From assembly GCA_964199315.1 (NCBI GenBank), contig OZ116698.1, positions 19,902,001-19,966,000 on the forward strand: DNA of 64,000 nt, given 5' to 3'. This document shows, piece by piece, positions 52,038 through 64,000 of the stretch. The notes below the pieces were generated by a model. That model searched no databases and was not told where the DNA came from. It saw nothing but the letters and a program-made list of their open reading frames with translations. This DNA is from Orbicella franksi (Eukaryota). How positions within the stretch are numbered: the first letter of the stretch is position 1; the number at the start of each line of letters is the position of its first letter. The position numbers and the translations under genes were made by a program.

Positions 52038-53388
52038 AGGAGCTAAGTCACGGTGTACGCATTTTGAAAGGCCTAAATGTTTCAAGTTCGTGGATTGTAA
52101 TCCGTGTTAATCTTCTGCATCCTTAAGCATACTTGATCCTTCATAGTCTATTAATGTGTCTCTGGTGTTTTTCTCTATCATAGTAAACTACTATTTTCAG
52201 GTTTTCTCCAATTCTAAGCTAATTTTCTACGTGGCCAAACTAACTCAAAATGCCTCAACTAGGCTCCTTTAAATAGCTTAGTTTTTTTTATAATTCTGTT
52301 TGTTTCGTCTCTTGGTCAAATACGAAAAATCGGCTCCTACCTCCATCATTTTCCTTGGTAATTCCCTGTGATTACAGCAGCAATTCAGCAAAGTAATAAT
52401 GTTGACACTAGTCTAATGAAATAACGAAGGAGTAGCTACATTTAGAAATGGGAAATTTAACTGATGATTAGTTTTTGATAATGGTACTGGTACATCATGA
52501 AAAAGCAAGATACTGATCTAGTCTAACAGCTGTAAAATTTTATATTAAATTTGTACGCTTGCTTTTTTCGTCAATTACCAAAAATGTAATATATGTCAAC
52601 AGTAATTATTGAGAATAACTTCGGTGTACTGTGTTCTGGTATAGTGTTCATCAGGCATTCAGTAATTTTTAAACAGATACAAAGTTTCAAACTTGCCTGT
52701 TTTGATACAAATCCAATCTCTAGCTGTTAACTGTAAAATATAAAATTCCCATTAAGAGTTCTACTCTTCCAACTTTATCTTGGTGATCAATAAATTTGTT
52801 TGTAATTGCTGGTGTTTGGACTTTGTGGTTAACAGCATTTCACATGGCCGGTGGACGTTTAGGTTACGTCTTCTGCTAGCTATACCAGCTGCACCAAAGG
52901 TGTGTCCCGTCTGTTGGAACCCTAATCATACGAGATCCTTCTAAGACAGTAAGATGTTCATTTTGTACACTTGTTATGAGAAAGGCTTCCTTCTAAAGGA
53001 AGCTTGAAATAATGAAAACAAACGACCTGCCTTAAGCGACCACACAATGGGCAAGCGACGATATTTCGTGTCCATGATCAGAACTCCATGCCTTATAAGT
53101 TCCAAACTCAGAACATGGGCTCTTGTGCTCGGATGCTTCCTTCAGCTAGCTGAACTGTGATTAGTAATCCTATAAATTAAGGTTCATTACCATTTTAAAA
53201 TTTGCACAAGTTAAGAACTGAATGACTAAATATTGCGTGACCTTTACTGGAGAACAGTTTTAAACTCTCCTCGCCGTCTCTCAAAAGGGCGATTTCCTTA
53301 TTTGGGCCACTGTAAAGAGGGACTGAGAATGCAATATATCATCAATTACTCCATCTGCATCTGTATCGGCGCAGTTGCTAGATGCCAG

Positions 53389-53399
53389 GGGGAATCCCC
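53389..53399 (-). promoter_or_regulatory. NF-kB-type site (GGGGATTCCCC on minus strand) 170 bp upstream of the putative TNFR-3 start; copy at 40841-40851
   Basis: GGGGAATCCCC on the plus strand in non-homologous flanking context relative to the 29467 site. Confidence 0.55.
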
Positions 53400-53568
53400 G
53401 AGCTAATAATCATGCAGAAATGTAAATTCAGCGGGGAAACTGGGTCCGCTTTCGATTCTCGGAATCGGTCGATGCGAACTCGAGTACATCTTGAAACAAT
53501 TGTGTATACTTGGATAAAGATTCCATCGAACAATAATTGAAAACAACGCTGGATTGCAAGCAGCCATC

Positions 53569-55116
53569 ATGGGAAGACATCACAAGGTATCACATTTTAG
53601 TAGTCTATCAGTAGCATATACGTTTGAGATCTGTGCACATCGAGGAATCAGAATAATTGAATTCAACGTAATACGAAATATTAATTCAGGATATTGTTCC
53701 AAGCCGATACATTTGTCGCCGTTTGATAGATCCTAATTGGTCTATGTTTGGGACTAAGCCCTTCAGTTCAGCGCAATTAGGAATATAGAATAGGCTTCAT
53801 CGACTCATAGTGCATAATTCGGGATACCTAGGCTCCCTGCTTATTACTAAAATCGTTTCAAGCAGCTCAAGTATTCTCAAAATGTATATTGCAAAACGTT
53901 TAAGGCGTTTTGTCTATATCTAAGTTAGATAAGGTTGCAAACTGGTTTCAAACCTATTGGAAGTGGTGATTGAAATACGTTTATATTTTACATGCTCAGA
54001 CAGAAAGAGGTGATCAATATTGCTCTGATCCCGGCCACCAAATTTGCATGCTGTAATTGCATATGAAAGCAAACCTTTAAATTGTATTATTAACAAAAAC
54101 GTTTCAAAGCCATAACGCAGTTTTCCACGATGGTTCATTTCAGCCTGCAGATCTGCCTTCAAGTTCAAGTTATCCTACAGGCTTCAGTCGAAGTCCTTTT
54201 ACGATCAGGGAAGTGAGGTGTTACATTTGGTGGCCCGCAAATAAGATTCCTTCAGTTATTCCGCTTGCTGTCATCGTGTGCTTCTTTATCTGCGTAGTAA
54301 GTCACTACGTTTTGTATTTATATGTTAATTGTTAAGTATAGAACATGAGGACAAAGTACGAAAATTTGTAATGAGCGTAAGAGATCAGATGCATACTTCG
54401 AATTCATGTTTACGAATTAATACGTGTTACATGACTTCTAAATCACATGATCTTTGTATAGGAAATCACATGATTCTGAGTGCAATTTGGAAATTGGAAT
54501 GAATGAGCACTTGTAAATTTTTTAAAGACTGAAGATTGCACGAGCCCGTAGGGCTGTGATTACTTGTTAATAACACACTTGAAAACATAATATTTAAGTT
54601 TTTTTAAAATTTTTTAAAGACTTAAGAATGCACGAACCCGTAGGGCTCTGATTACTGTTTAATAATACGCTTGAAAACATAATATCTACGGTTTTTATCT
54701 AAACAGTTTCCTCAGGTAGGCTGCAGTGTGCTTGGTATTCCAAAAATCTTCAAAAATTTCCGAAAATATTCGCAAAACTGTTCCAACAATGTTTGAAAGT
54801 CTTCGGCCAGCTTCGGACGATCTTCTTAAATCTTCGGAAGGGTTTGGATGATTGTCAGAGGTGTCCGGAAATGTTCAGGTGATATTCGTTTATATTCGGA
54901 AGTAATCGGAAAACGGCTAATTACCTTCGGTTATCTCCGGAAGACCTCGGGTGAACTTCGACCACCTTTGAAATACGTTAGATGACCGTCGGTAGTCTTC
55001 TAGCCGTATCTTCGTACTAGCTTCGGATGTCTTCATTTTAATTTGCACTGGTGTTACATGAAAACTGCACTCCTTTTTAACCAATTAGAATCCAGTAACT
55101 TTTTCAAGCATATTAT

Positions 55117-55168
<52 letters not shown>

Positions 55169-58100
55169 GCAGGCAGGCAGGCAGGCAGGCAGGTAGATGG
55201 ATGGATAGTGTTCTCTTATCTTTTTATGATCCATTCCACACCTTCGTTAATTAGTTTGGCCTTCAAAGGCATTACGAGGTTCTGCAATTCGACAGGCAAG
55301 TGGTGGAGTTTCGTCTACTTCATCGAGGGAAATAACAATAAAATGCACGATTATAAAGCGCGAACGTCATGTATAATCTCGGTGTTTTTATCAATACGTG
55401 ACTCAATACATGTATCAATATTATTTATTACCCTTCTATAAAAACTATTTATCACACAGATTTGGTGCTTCTGGCGATTACCTGAAGATCATGATGAGTA
55501 CCCTGATGGCTTTACATGTCCAAACTCAACATACAAAATTTTGGACGACAGAAATGTGACCATCAGTTGCAAGCCTTGCCTAGAATGTCCTTTGGGGCAA
55601 CAGCTTCTACTGCCATGTGGCAGCACAACACAATCAGAAACCTCTATAGCGTGTAGGAAATGTCCACCAGACACTTATAAAGAAAGCCAGGGTAAAGGCA
55701 AGTGTAAACCATGCCAAACCTGTGGACTCAGAGAGACCATCAGCCAGTGCACACCAGAGAAGAATACACAATGTGGCGAATGTCCTCGGGGATACTATCA
55801 AGAAGACTATACGTTGGATTCGTGTAAGAGGTGTTCTACGTGTTGTGGGGTCAGGCGCTTTGCTGAGTTAGAATGCATTTATCTGAAACAATGCGTAAGA
55901 AAAAACTGTACCCAGCAACTGAAAATCAAGGAGAGCAGTGTCCTGAAGTCGGAGGATTTTGCCAAACTGTTTGCAACGGAATCAACTGGACCTGAAAGAG
56001 CAATGACACAACGAAGTGCTTCTCAAAGTGATAATCCAAGACATGCAAGAAATTGGGTATTGGAGAACATAGTACCCCAGTTAAAGAAATCTAAATCTAA
56101 AAGAGAGGTTAACGTGAAAATGCAAAGCGCAGATAGTGGCAAAAATGCTTCTCAGGTAGTCGAGGAAGGAACTACTTACGCTCTTAAAGGGAATAATTCA
56201 AATCCCGCTACCATAGCCTCTGTTGAAAACAGTGTGGCCGGCAGTTTGGTAACTCTTCAAAGCAAACTGCAGGAGAGTTTTGGAACTACTTTTAATGATT
56301 CTGTCAGGGAGCCAACATTGCAATCGACGTCAAGCAATTCTAGTAAAGAAAATAAGCTACTGACCATTCTAATTGTACTCGTAGCCGGATTCGTGGGCAT
56401 TGCAATTATGCTGGTTTTAATTGGAGTGATTATATTATTGAGGATGCAGTCTGGGCATTTTCCAGGAAGTGGTTGTACTATTACATGTTGTGCAAAATAT
56501 ATATCAATAGATGGCGACGAATACCGACCATTCCTTCGTGACAGATCTCTGACAGGTGAGGCAGTTATGTACAAACCGTTACAAACAACTTAGACTCTTC
56601 TATTCTACTGCATGCTGCTGGCCACAAGTTCATTGCAAGTGGTACAACTTCTAATAACTGAAGAAAGGCAAGCTGAGTGAAACACGTTTTACATGAGACG
56701 CAATTTTTCCTAATATTTTCATTTATAGTTGTCTCGTAATCTACAGTGCATTTAGGTCCACGCATGCATTTCTTATTTGATGCCAGCACCAAGGAGAAAT
56801 TGCCTTGCTTCTCAAGAAGTAATGTTATATAATGGGCTCTAAGGGGAATGAAATTTGTTCATTGTGATTAATGGCAACTTTCTGTTAAGAGGAGTGATGT
56901 CAAGGTTAAATTATATGAATTTATTTTCAGTTGTAATACTAAAGTTACTAAAATTTAAATTTATTAAATGTTTTGGTAATGCAAGGAGGTGGCAAAATAG
57001 CTAATGAAAAAAACAATTATCAGTATTGATCGCAATATAGGCAGTAATAGCAATGACTCCAAACTAAGCAGAACAATTCTTGTTAAGCTGTAGATCAAGG
57101 GTGCGAAAATCTCTTCGCCATAATCGACACCCGTACACTTGCCACACTTACTGTATTATGCGATTTTCTTTATTTTATATTGTCTTAGTTGCTCAGCTTT
57201 CATTTTCAGATTCTGATTGTCAAGAAATCACTCACATCAGTGACAGTGGGGTTGACAACTCCTCTGAGAAAAGTACAGATACTGGTGACCTTGAAAGTAA
57301 GTGCTGCAAGTCGTGTATTTGTCGCTATTTAACCACCCATGGATTTCTAGTCAGTTCAGGGCAGTCATGAACTGAAATGTTGTCATTCAATTAATGTAAA
57401 GCGAGATTGTTACTCATTCATTATTTATAAATGGAATCCCAAACATCACATAAACTGAGCGAGGTAATAGACAATATCACAGCGTACGGAGCAACTTAAC
57501 AGGGAAAATTAAATAACCTCTCAACTTGCAACCAGTGGCAACTATGGAGGCTTACCTGGAATATCAGAGCTGGATCTAATTTAACTCCTAAAACAATGCT
57601 GAGATTCTCTGATTTTAAAGGCTGGTGACTCCTAGCTGGCTCTAGTTTCATTACAGTTTCCATCACATAATGGTTTTATTTTGTTAAAAATTACCATATG
57701 CCATTACCTTGAGATTATTGATTGTGTATCATGAGTAATGCAAGCACAAATTTCGATCTCAAATTGATAAAGATTGGCAGACTTCACGAAATTCTGGTCT
57801 TGTCGCCAATGTTCCTGCAGTTGCAAGGTTTAGTTCGTGTTATATCAGAAACAGAATAATCGTTTTTTTTTATATTCCAACATTGCAGGTCTTCCTTTGT
57901 CTGAGTTACCTCCAACCCTTGAAAACATACTTATAAAGACACTAGATTTGCGCCACAAAGGTGAATATGGGTGGAAAAAATTGGGAAAGGCTTTTGGAAT
58001 TAACAACGTTGAACTAGAGTACCTGGAAACTGCGTACAAAAGGAGTGTAGAAAGTCCTACGAAAGAACTGTTGGAAATACTAAATACGAGTCATTGTGGA

Positions 58101-58214
58101 ACTGTTGGTGACCTACTAAACAAATTAAAAGCTTCACATGTAAACCAACCAGCTGTTGCTCTGCTAATATGTAAGAAATGGCAAGAAATTAAATATGTTC
58201 AGGCCAGGAAATAA
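53569..58214 (+). CDS. TNFR-3: TNF receptor superfamily member with three CRDs, TM and death domain
   Basis: Well supported exons 55460-56555, 57210-57296, 57889-58214; upstream exon ending at the strong donor at 54296 (..VIPLAVIVCFFICV); tentative start exon 53569-53586 (GCCATCATGG, MGRHHK) joined to acceptor at 54144. CKPCLECPLGQQLLLPCG, TM LLTILIVLVAGFVGIAIMLVLIGVIILL, DD GWKKLGKAFGI...SPTKELL...TVGDLL. Confidence 0.87.
54350..55117. repeat. Interspersed repeat in TNFR-3 intron (partial copy at 42060-42362)
   Basis: Internal direct repeat CACGAGCCCGTAGGGCT.TGATTACT and many CTTCGG motifs. Confidence 0.5.
55118..55200. repeat. Compound microsatellite (GATA)n(GGCA)n
   Basis: Direct reading. 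Other short microsatellites: (CAA)n ~472-495, (TATG)n ~3335 and ~7160, (TAA)n ~25220 and ~63030, (TGAA)n ~33700. Confidence 0.95.
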
Positions 58215-58621
58215 CTTTATTAGAGCAGATATTTGCGTTGCACCACTAGGCTTAAATCGTAGAATGGTAGGATTGATAAGTGTGTTAAATAAATCTTACA
58301 ATAATATAAAAAGCATAGATGTGGGAAGATGCTCGTTCAGACGTAAATGTTATTATCAGACATAAATGTTATTATAAAACATGTAAAATTCACTTCTAGT
58401 TTCTAATATGTAATATTGTTTTACATATCATTTACAAAGGAAATCTTATTTAATTATTTTATCACGGCAAGGTATTTTTTCTTCCAGGGGATGCCTCGAA
58501 TCAAAGAGACAATTTACCTTGACACCATATACATCAAATTCAAACTATACCATCAGAAACTCGTTGTGTGTTTATATATTTCTCTGCGGTGCACAATTTT
58601 GACAAGGGTGCACGAGACAAT

Positions 58622-59621
58622 AGGGACTTTAAGCAAAGACAACGCGGACGGCGACGGGAACGCCATGAGATCAGGGAAAAGCCAAAAGGTGCACTGCGCA
58701 TGACTGGCGGGAAACAAGTTGACGTTCTGCGTTCGGGCCCGACGTGAGTGAAGCTCATTTCGCGTTGTCTGAAAACGTGAGTTTTCGCTTTCGTTTTCTC
58801 TGCTGTGTCAACGCTAAATAACCCGTGTTACTAATTTCGAGGAACTTTAATGCTTGTCTTCTCTTGTTATGTGACATATTTCATTTTAAAGAAACGTCGA
58901 GAAATCTGAATTGAACTCAAGCCGGTCGGCGAACATGTGAGTACCGTGAAATATCTTTTCGAAAGCTTATGTAAATAAAGACAACTTACACGAATTTCAA
59001 CCGAAATTTTTCCTTTCAAGAAGTACTCAAATGTCAAATGGCTCATTATGGTGAAATTCTAACACATTTAAAAGGGTAGACACCATTAAAACTTGCGTAG
59101 CTGTTTCCATTTTCAGTCGTAAGATCAGTGGTTTACCTAGATCTTTATCAGTCGGTACACTGATCTGTCGCGCCAGTCTGATTAAACTTCTGCTGATAAT
59201 AAGTTCATTTACTTCATTGTACAGCTCAGCGAGAAGGGGCAAGTTGCGTTTGTGGAAGCGAAATTCGGACCGGCACTCGTCTTCAAACTATCGCAGTTAC
59301 AATTAGGAAAGGAATCATAAGGTTGGTCGAGATCATTCGACCGGTTTAAATCGTACAAGAGTAGAAGTTCGTCATCGTTTAACACACCTTCATCGTGATT
59401 ATCAAGAGTTGATTGCGAACTTCTTTCAATGAAGTCATCCTAGTTCATCCTGATAAACAGAGGACGAATAATGTCAATAAGCTTGACAGTGCGGAAACCG
59501 CGGTTTCGGACGGTGCTGCTTAATGTTTGTGAATTCCCGCCACAACGGCCTTCTCTCCCCAGCCTTCTCACAGGTTTCGGCGTCCCGGTCGCCGTCCGCG
59601 TTCCCGCTGCTTAAAGTCCCT
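58622..59621 (-). mobile_element. PIF/Harbinger internal-deletion derivative with transposase N-terminal remnant
   Basis: TIR AGGGACTTTAAGCA..AACGCGGACGGCGAC at both ends, AAT duplication; minus strand 59438-59221 reads (frameshifted) MTSLKEVRNQLL..LNDDELLLLYDLNRSN..ECRSEFRFHKRNLPLLAE, typical of Harbinger-type transposases. Confidence 0.85.
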
Positions 59622-62176
59622 AATTATTAAAGGACAACTGGTGTATCAAAGTTTGTGTTACCAATGGTGACTACTATTTTACGAGTATTGGTGTAATGTT
59701 TCTAAGAGAGAAATGTAGACGTACATGCAAAATTCTTTAAAATGCTGTGAGAAGTATTCAGAAACAGACCTGTATGTACAAATGGACTAGTTTAAGAAAC
59801 GTTATTGGGTAATAGAATTGTAGAATTATGGGACTGCTGTAATTGTAAAAACCCAACATATTAATTTTTAACCACATTTTACACTTTTATAACAAATTCA
59901 CGTAAACAGGCCATTAATGTACGTGCCTAAGAAACTGACCATCTTAGTACGAGAAAAGAAATTATACATACTCAAAAAAGGAAAAAAAAAAAAAAACTGG
60001 AATAGAATGAAATGACTGGAATTAATGTATATATATAAATTGTAGCACAGGATATGAATAATTTTTATACTTGAAAAATTTTAAATTCTTTTAGAAATAG
60101 TGTAACAGAATCTAACATGACGTTTAAAAAAGAAATAAGACATTTGATCGCGTCATCTGAAATCAACATAATAATTACAATGCATAATATTAGACAGGAG
60201 TTTAATTCTTGCCGTAAGTTCACCCTAATGAGCACAAAACAAGAAATGTGTGTGCTGATTATACATTTTAAAAGCCTATTTGATTAATAGGTTTATTTAA
60301 CGACTGTTGTTAACATACATGTACATGTTATAGCTACATGTATAGTGTTATAAGGCAGGTTCGAACAATAAATGAACAGTGCTTGCTTGCTCACTGTAAA
60401 TAGTGACAGTTGCATTGATAATTGACAGAAAGTCACCACAGTTACAACAAATTAGTTCACTAGTTTAGTAGCTCATTAGTTCACATAGCTTCAATTTTGC
60501 TTTCACCGGGAAGCAATTAGCACTCACAGGTGATGCTATAGGGATGACAATTAGATTTAAGTTACATCACAAGAGGTATTAAACAGATCTCAGAAAACTT
60601 AATAACCACCTTTTTGCATAACACAGCAAATACCTTATATATATTTTATACACCATTATAAATATAGATAGGTCATGCTTTATTACAATGTAATACAAGG
60701 CTTAGGCTTTTTTATTTGCTAATTGATACTCTTAAGCCTAAGGTTCCCCTCTGGAAAGGTGTCCTATATTTAAATGTAAGCCATAAAAATAATATCTAGC
60801 CAAGTGTTTTGTTTGATGTAAATCCAAGAAACGTTTGTGAGCATATACCTTGTTAAGAAATACTTACTAGAGTAATAAGTTTACCTTTGTAATATACTTT
60901 TTCTTATACTATTCAAGTTAGGATAAATATTTTTTTTATGTACCAATGTATGTGAAATTATGTTTCTGAAGAATAAATTAAAAATAAATGCACTTACAAT
61001 TATTTAGCAAAGCTAGAGCCTGCTTACTCAGCTTAGTAATATAACATACAAAAAGTGCACCTTTACAATGTACAGCTTTCTGTATCAGAAATTTACTACA
61101 ATCATCACATTGAACCTTAGGAAGAACGCTTACACTAGTTAAAATATTAACATTGTTGCTTGATAATATCACTGCTTTTTGAGTTGTGCATCAATGCTTC
61201 TTGACAAGTTTGGAATCATACGTATAAAGTACGCTGAGAATTTCTGGACCGAATGGAGAGGAAAAAACTATTATTTTATAATAAATTCTTAAGGATGTTC
61301 TTCCTGGGCGGATTTTAATTTTACAGCTTGTATCAAAGGTGACTAAGGCTAAACAATTGATATAGTATTAAAAAATTCAAAGAGCAATAAACTTGACTTA
61401 GAATTCTCAAGTCACGTGTACAGTATTTATTGCACATAATAATCCTACCAGTTCCTGTTTGTAGTGACATTCTGTGACGGTAGCAAATGATCATACTACT
61501 CTCTATGAATGGTTTATTAAGTGCATACATATTCGAAAAATTGGATTAAAAAACAGCCCTTTTAAAGAAAATACACACGCTGATTGGTTAAAAATCGTGT
61601 TTCTATTAAACAATTAGATTATGAGCTCGAGATTTCTATCGCGTGTTAACTATCACGCATAGAAATTGAAAGCGAATAATCTAATTGTTTTAGTATAAAT
61701 CTACCAGTCGTTCAAAACTTTATCTAAAACCTCTTCACAGACACTTCAAAAATGGCATGAAGTGGCCGTCAATTTGTTAGCAAGGGCACACTGCTATGCT
61801 ACTCACTATCTATCACAGAATAGATAGTGAGTAGTGTACGTAGCCAATCAGAGAACGGTGTTCGTGATAGAACGTTAGTAGATTTATACTAAAACTCAAT
61901 AGAAACACAGAACTACATGTAGCAAGAGCTGTTGATGTAATGATGATGCGAGCAAAGAGAATTTACATTTTGATGATCAAAGTAAACAAGTTGTTTCCCT
62001 TTTTCGTCGCGGCATTTTCTAAAAGAAATAGAAACCATGTTCTTCGTGTTTCTATCATGTTATAGAAACACTCGTAAAAGTTTGGCAGAGCTCTAATAGC
62101 ATTTCTCGTTCTCCCAAACTTCATGTTTCTATAACTCGACAAAACTCAGTACACATGTACATGTATTCTATTTCTT

Positions 62177-62377
62177 AATAGACCTCTTTAGCTTGGGCGG
62201 TTTGTTTTCCCATTGTAGACCACGTGATATTCTCCAGAGAATTTTTCTTTTATCTTTCTTAAAATGATTCATTCATGCACATGCGACTATTTAAAAATTT
62301 GAAAGCAAGAATTCTCAAGAGTATCATCACGTGGTCTACAATGGGAAAACAAACCGCCCAAGCTAAAGAGGTCTATT
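62177..62377. mobile_element. MITE with ~50-bp perfect TIR
   Basis: AATAGACCTCTTTAGCTTGGGCGGTTTGTTTTCCCATTGTAGACCACGTGAT and its exact reverse complement. Confidence 0.9.
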
Positions 62378-62622
62378 GTCTGTGAAACATTGCATATATT
62401 TCTACCATTACATAAAGAACTTACAGGGCACTCAAATATTTTGCTGCCTTTTTGTTATCATTAGCCTGTGTGTAATTAATGAAACATGCCATACAAATAG
62501 TAAAATACATACATCATAATTCACTTCCTTACATTTTCAGCAGAATGTGCTGTTCACTACAAGCAAACAGATTAAAAAATGCAAACACGATGCTAACAAT
62601 GTCCTTTGCAACATACAATGTC

Positions 62623-63728
62623 TTAAGTTAGCAAGACGAGCTTTCCTTTTGCTCCTTTGCCTTCCATAATATCTCTGTGTGCATCTGAAGCGTGGCTCAG
62701 CTGATATTCACGTCCAACAATTGGGCTCAAAAAACCTGCCTGCAGCCCAGCTGCTATTGCAGATGCCATTTCTTGCAGCTCACTCTATAAAGTGTCATAG
62801 AAAATTAATACAGAAAAATACATTAATAAAATAAATTAGAAAGTACATTTCCTACCACTACTTTTTATATCCAATGTCTGCACAGCCCAACAATATAAAA
62901 CTGGATATTCTGAAAGATCCATTTAAGATACATGTATGTAAGTCACTGTAATATTAGCTAAAAGCCTATGTTATCAATCATTTAGTAGATTTAACTTGAG
63001 AATCCTGTTTATTATAATATTAGTAGTAATAATAATAATAATAATAATAATTTTTAAATTTTTAAATCTTACAGGACCCCTTTGATAACAGTACTTTATA
63101 GTACTGATGGGTTAATCCTGTCTAAAGATTCGTTATTATTTATTATTATTATTATTAATATGAATAATTAATAATAGAAATTTAACAATTTATAATAATA
63201 GCCTCTTCAGTTTACAGCTCCTGTATGTACTTTCTTGTATGACAAAGAAATAATGAATAAGTAGACAAACGTAACTGTAGCCGTGAAGAACAATATAATT
63301 GTTAACTAGGATCCTTTTATTAAGATATCATAGTGTAAAGGATACTTTAACATACTTCAAGAATAGCCTGACTGTCATAAAAGATATTGTTTTTGATGTA
63401 ATGATCTCACAAATTTTCATATCAGTACTTTAAAAGATCCTGTGTGTTGGATCCTTTAATTTAATGGGTGCAAATTTTAGTATAAATAACTCTAGAGAGT
63501 GAACATAAACAATGATGATCACCAGCCTGGTGCGATAATTTCACTCATATTTACTGCAGAATTTCTTCTTGTCACCCATCACCTTGTAATAAAAATTCCC
63601 ATAATGTTAATTTAAATGCAAAGTTTTCTTACTTCGGTAGCTCGAGGTAAGAGAACACCAACAATGCTGCATTCCTTAGCCATGGTTTCTCTCGGATTAA
63701 TTTCAATTGTTCCTCTGCTGCCAACAAC
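62623..63728 (-). CDS. CRYZ: Quinone oxidoreductase / zeta-crystallin, last two exons (5' part beyond right edge)
   Basis: Exons 63633-63728 ([25 protein letters not shown]) and 62623-62784 ([45 protein letters not shown]), both phase 0, closely matching the CRYZ C-terminus. Confidence 0.92.
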
Positions 63729-64000
63729 CTAAAAAAATAACATGGCTAATCAATGAGTCCAGAGATTTTGTATATTTACAAATTTCTGGTTCAATGCACA
63801 GTTGTTTATTTCAATTAAACTCAATGTTTCACCGTTCTCATGCAAATTCTAAATAAGTTGTGGGATGAGTAGGCAGAGGCTTAAGTCTTATCTTCCTCAC
63901 TGATGTTGACTGATGTTCTGAAACATGTACTGCCAATTATTAGAATTATCATTTCTTCCAATATTAATGTCATGCGTGAGGTACTAAATGTTATTTCTAA

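Larger units (their letters stand above)
29468..55917 (+). repeat. Tandem segmental duplication: unit A 29468-42506, unit B 42507-55917
   Basis: Colinear near-identity (offset 13039 at the start); junction CAGCAA|GGGATTCCCC at 42506/42507 fuses TNFR-3 exon sequence to the unit start. Confidence 0.95.

Overview
AT-rich animal genomic DNA with GT-AG introns; the gene content and repeat landscape suggest a cnidarian, most likely a stony coral (inference). Left to right: (1) a 20-exon minus-strand RalGPS-type Ral GEF running off the left edge, head-to-head with (2) an intronless RIOK1; (3) a 4-kb CpG-rich 20-bp satellite in two inverted arrays that looks like a decayed IS3-like (IS3EU) transposon; (4) an intronless class A GPCR; (5) a 28-kb cluster of EDAR/TROY-like TNF-receptor genes with death domains: five open or near-open gene models plus one truncated copy, built by a ~13-kb tandem duplication whose breakpoint is readable at base level; (6) a Harbinger deletion derivative and the last two exons of a minus-strand zeta-crystallin/quinone reductase. 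Most notable signals: a 152-bp near-perfect palindrome carrying two hammerhead ribozyme cores inside an intron of only one TNFR paralog, identical NF-kB-type 11-mers upstream of two different TNFR genes, uniform intron phases across all TNFR genes, and possibly uncleaved N-terminal membrane anchors. All gene models were hand-spliced without database searches; similarity calls rest on recalled family motifs.
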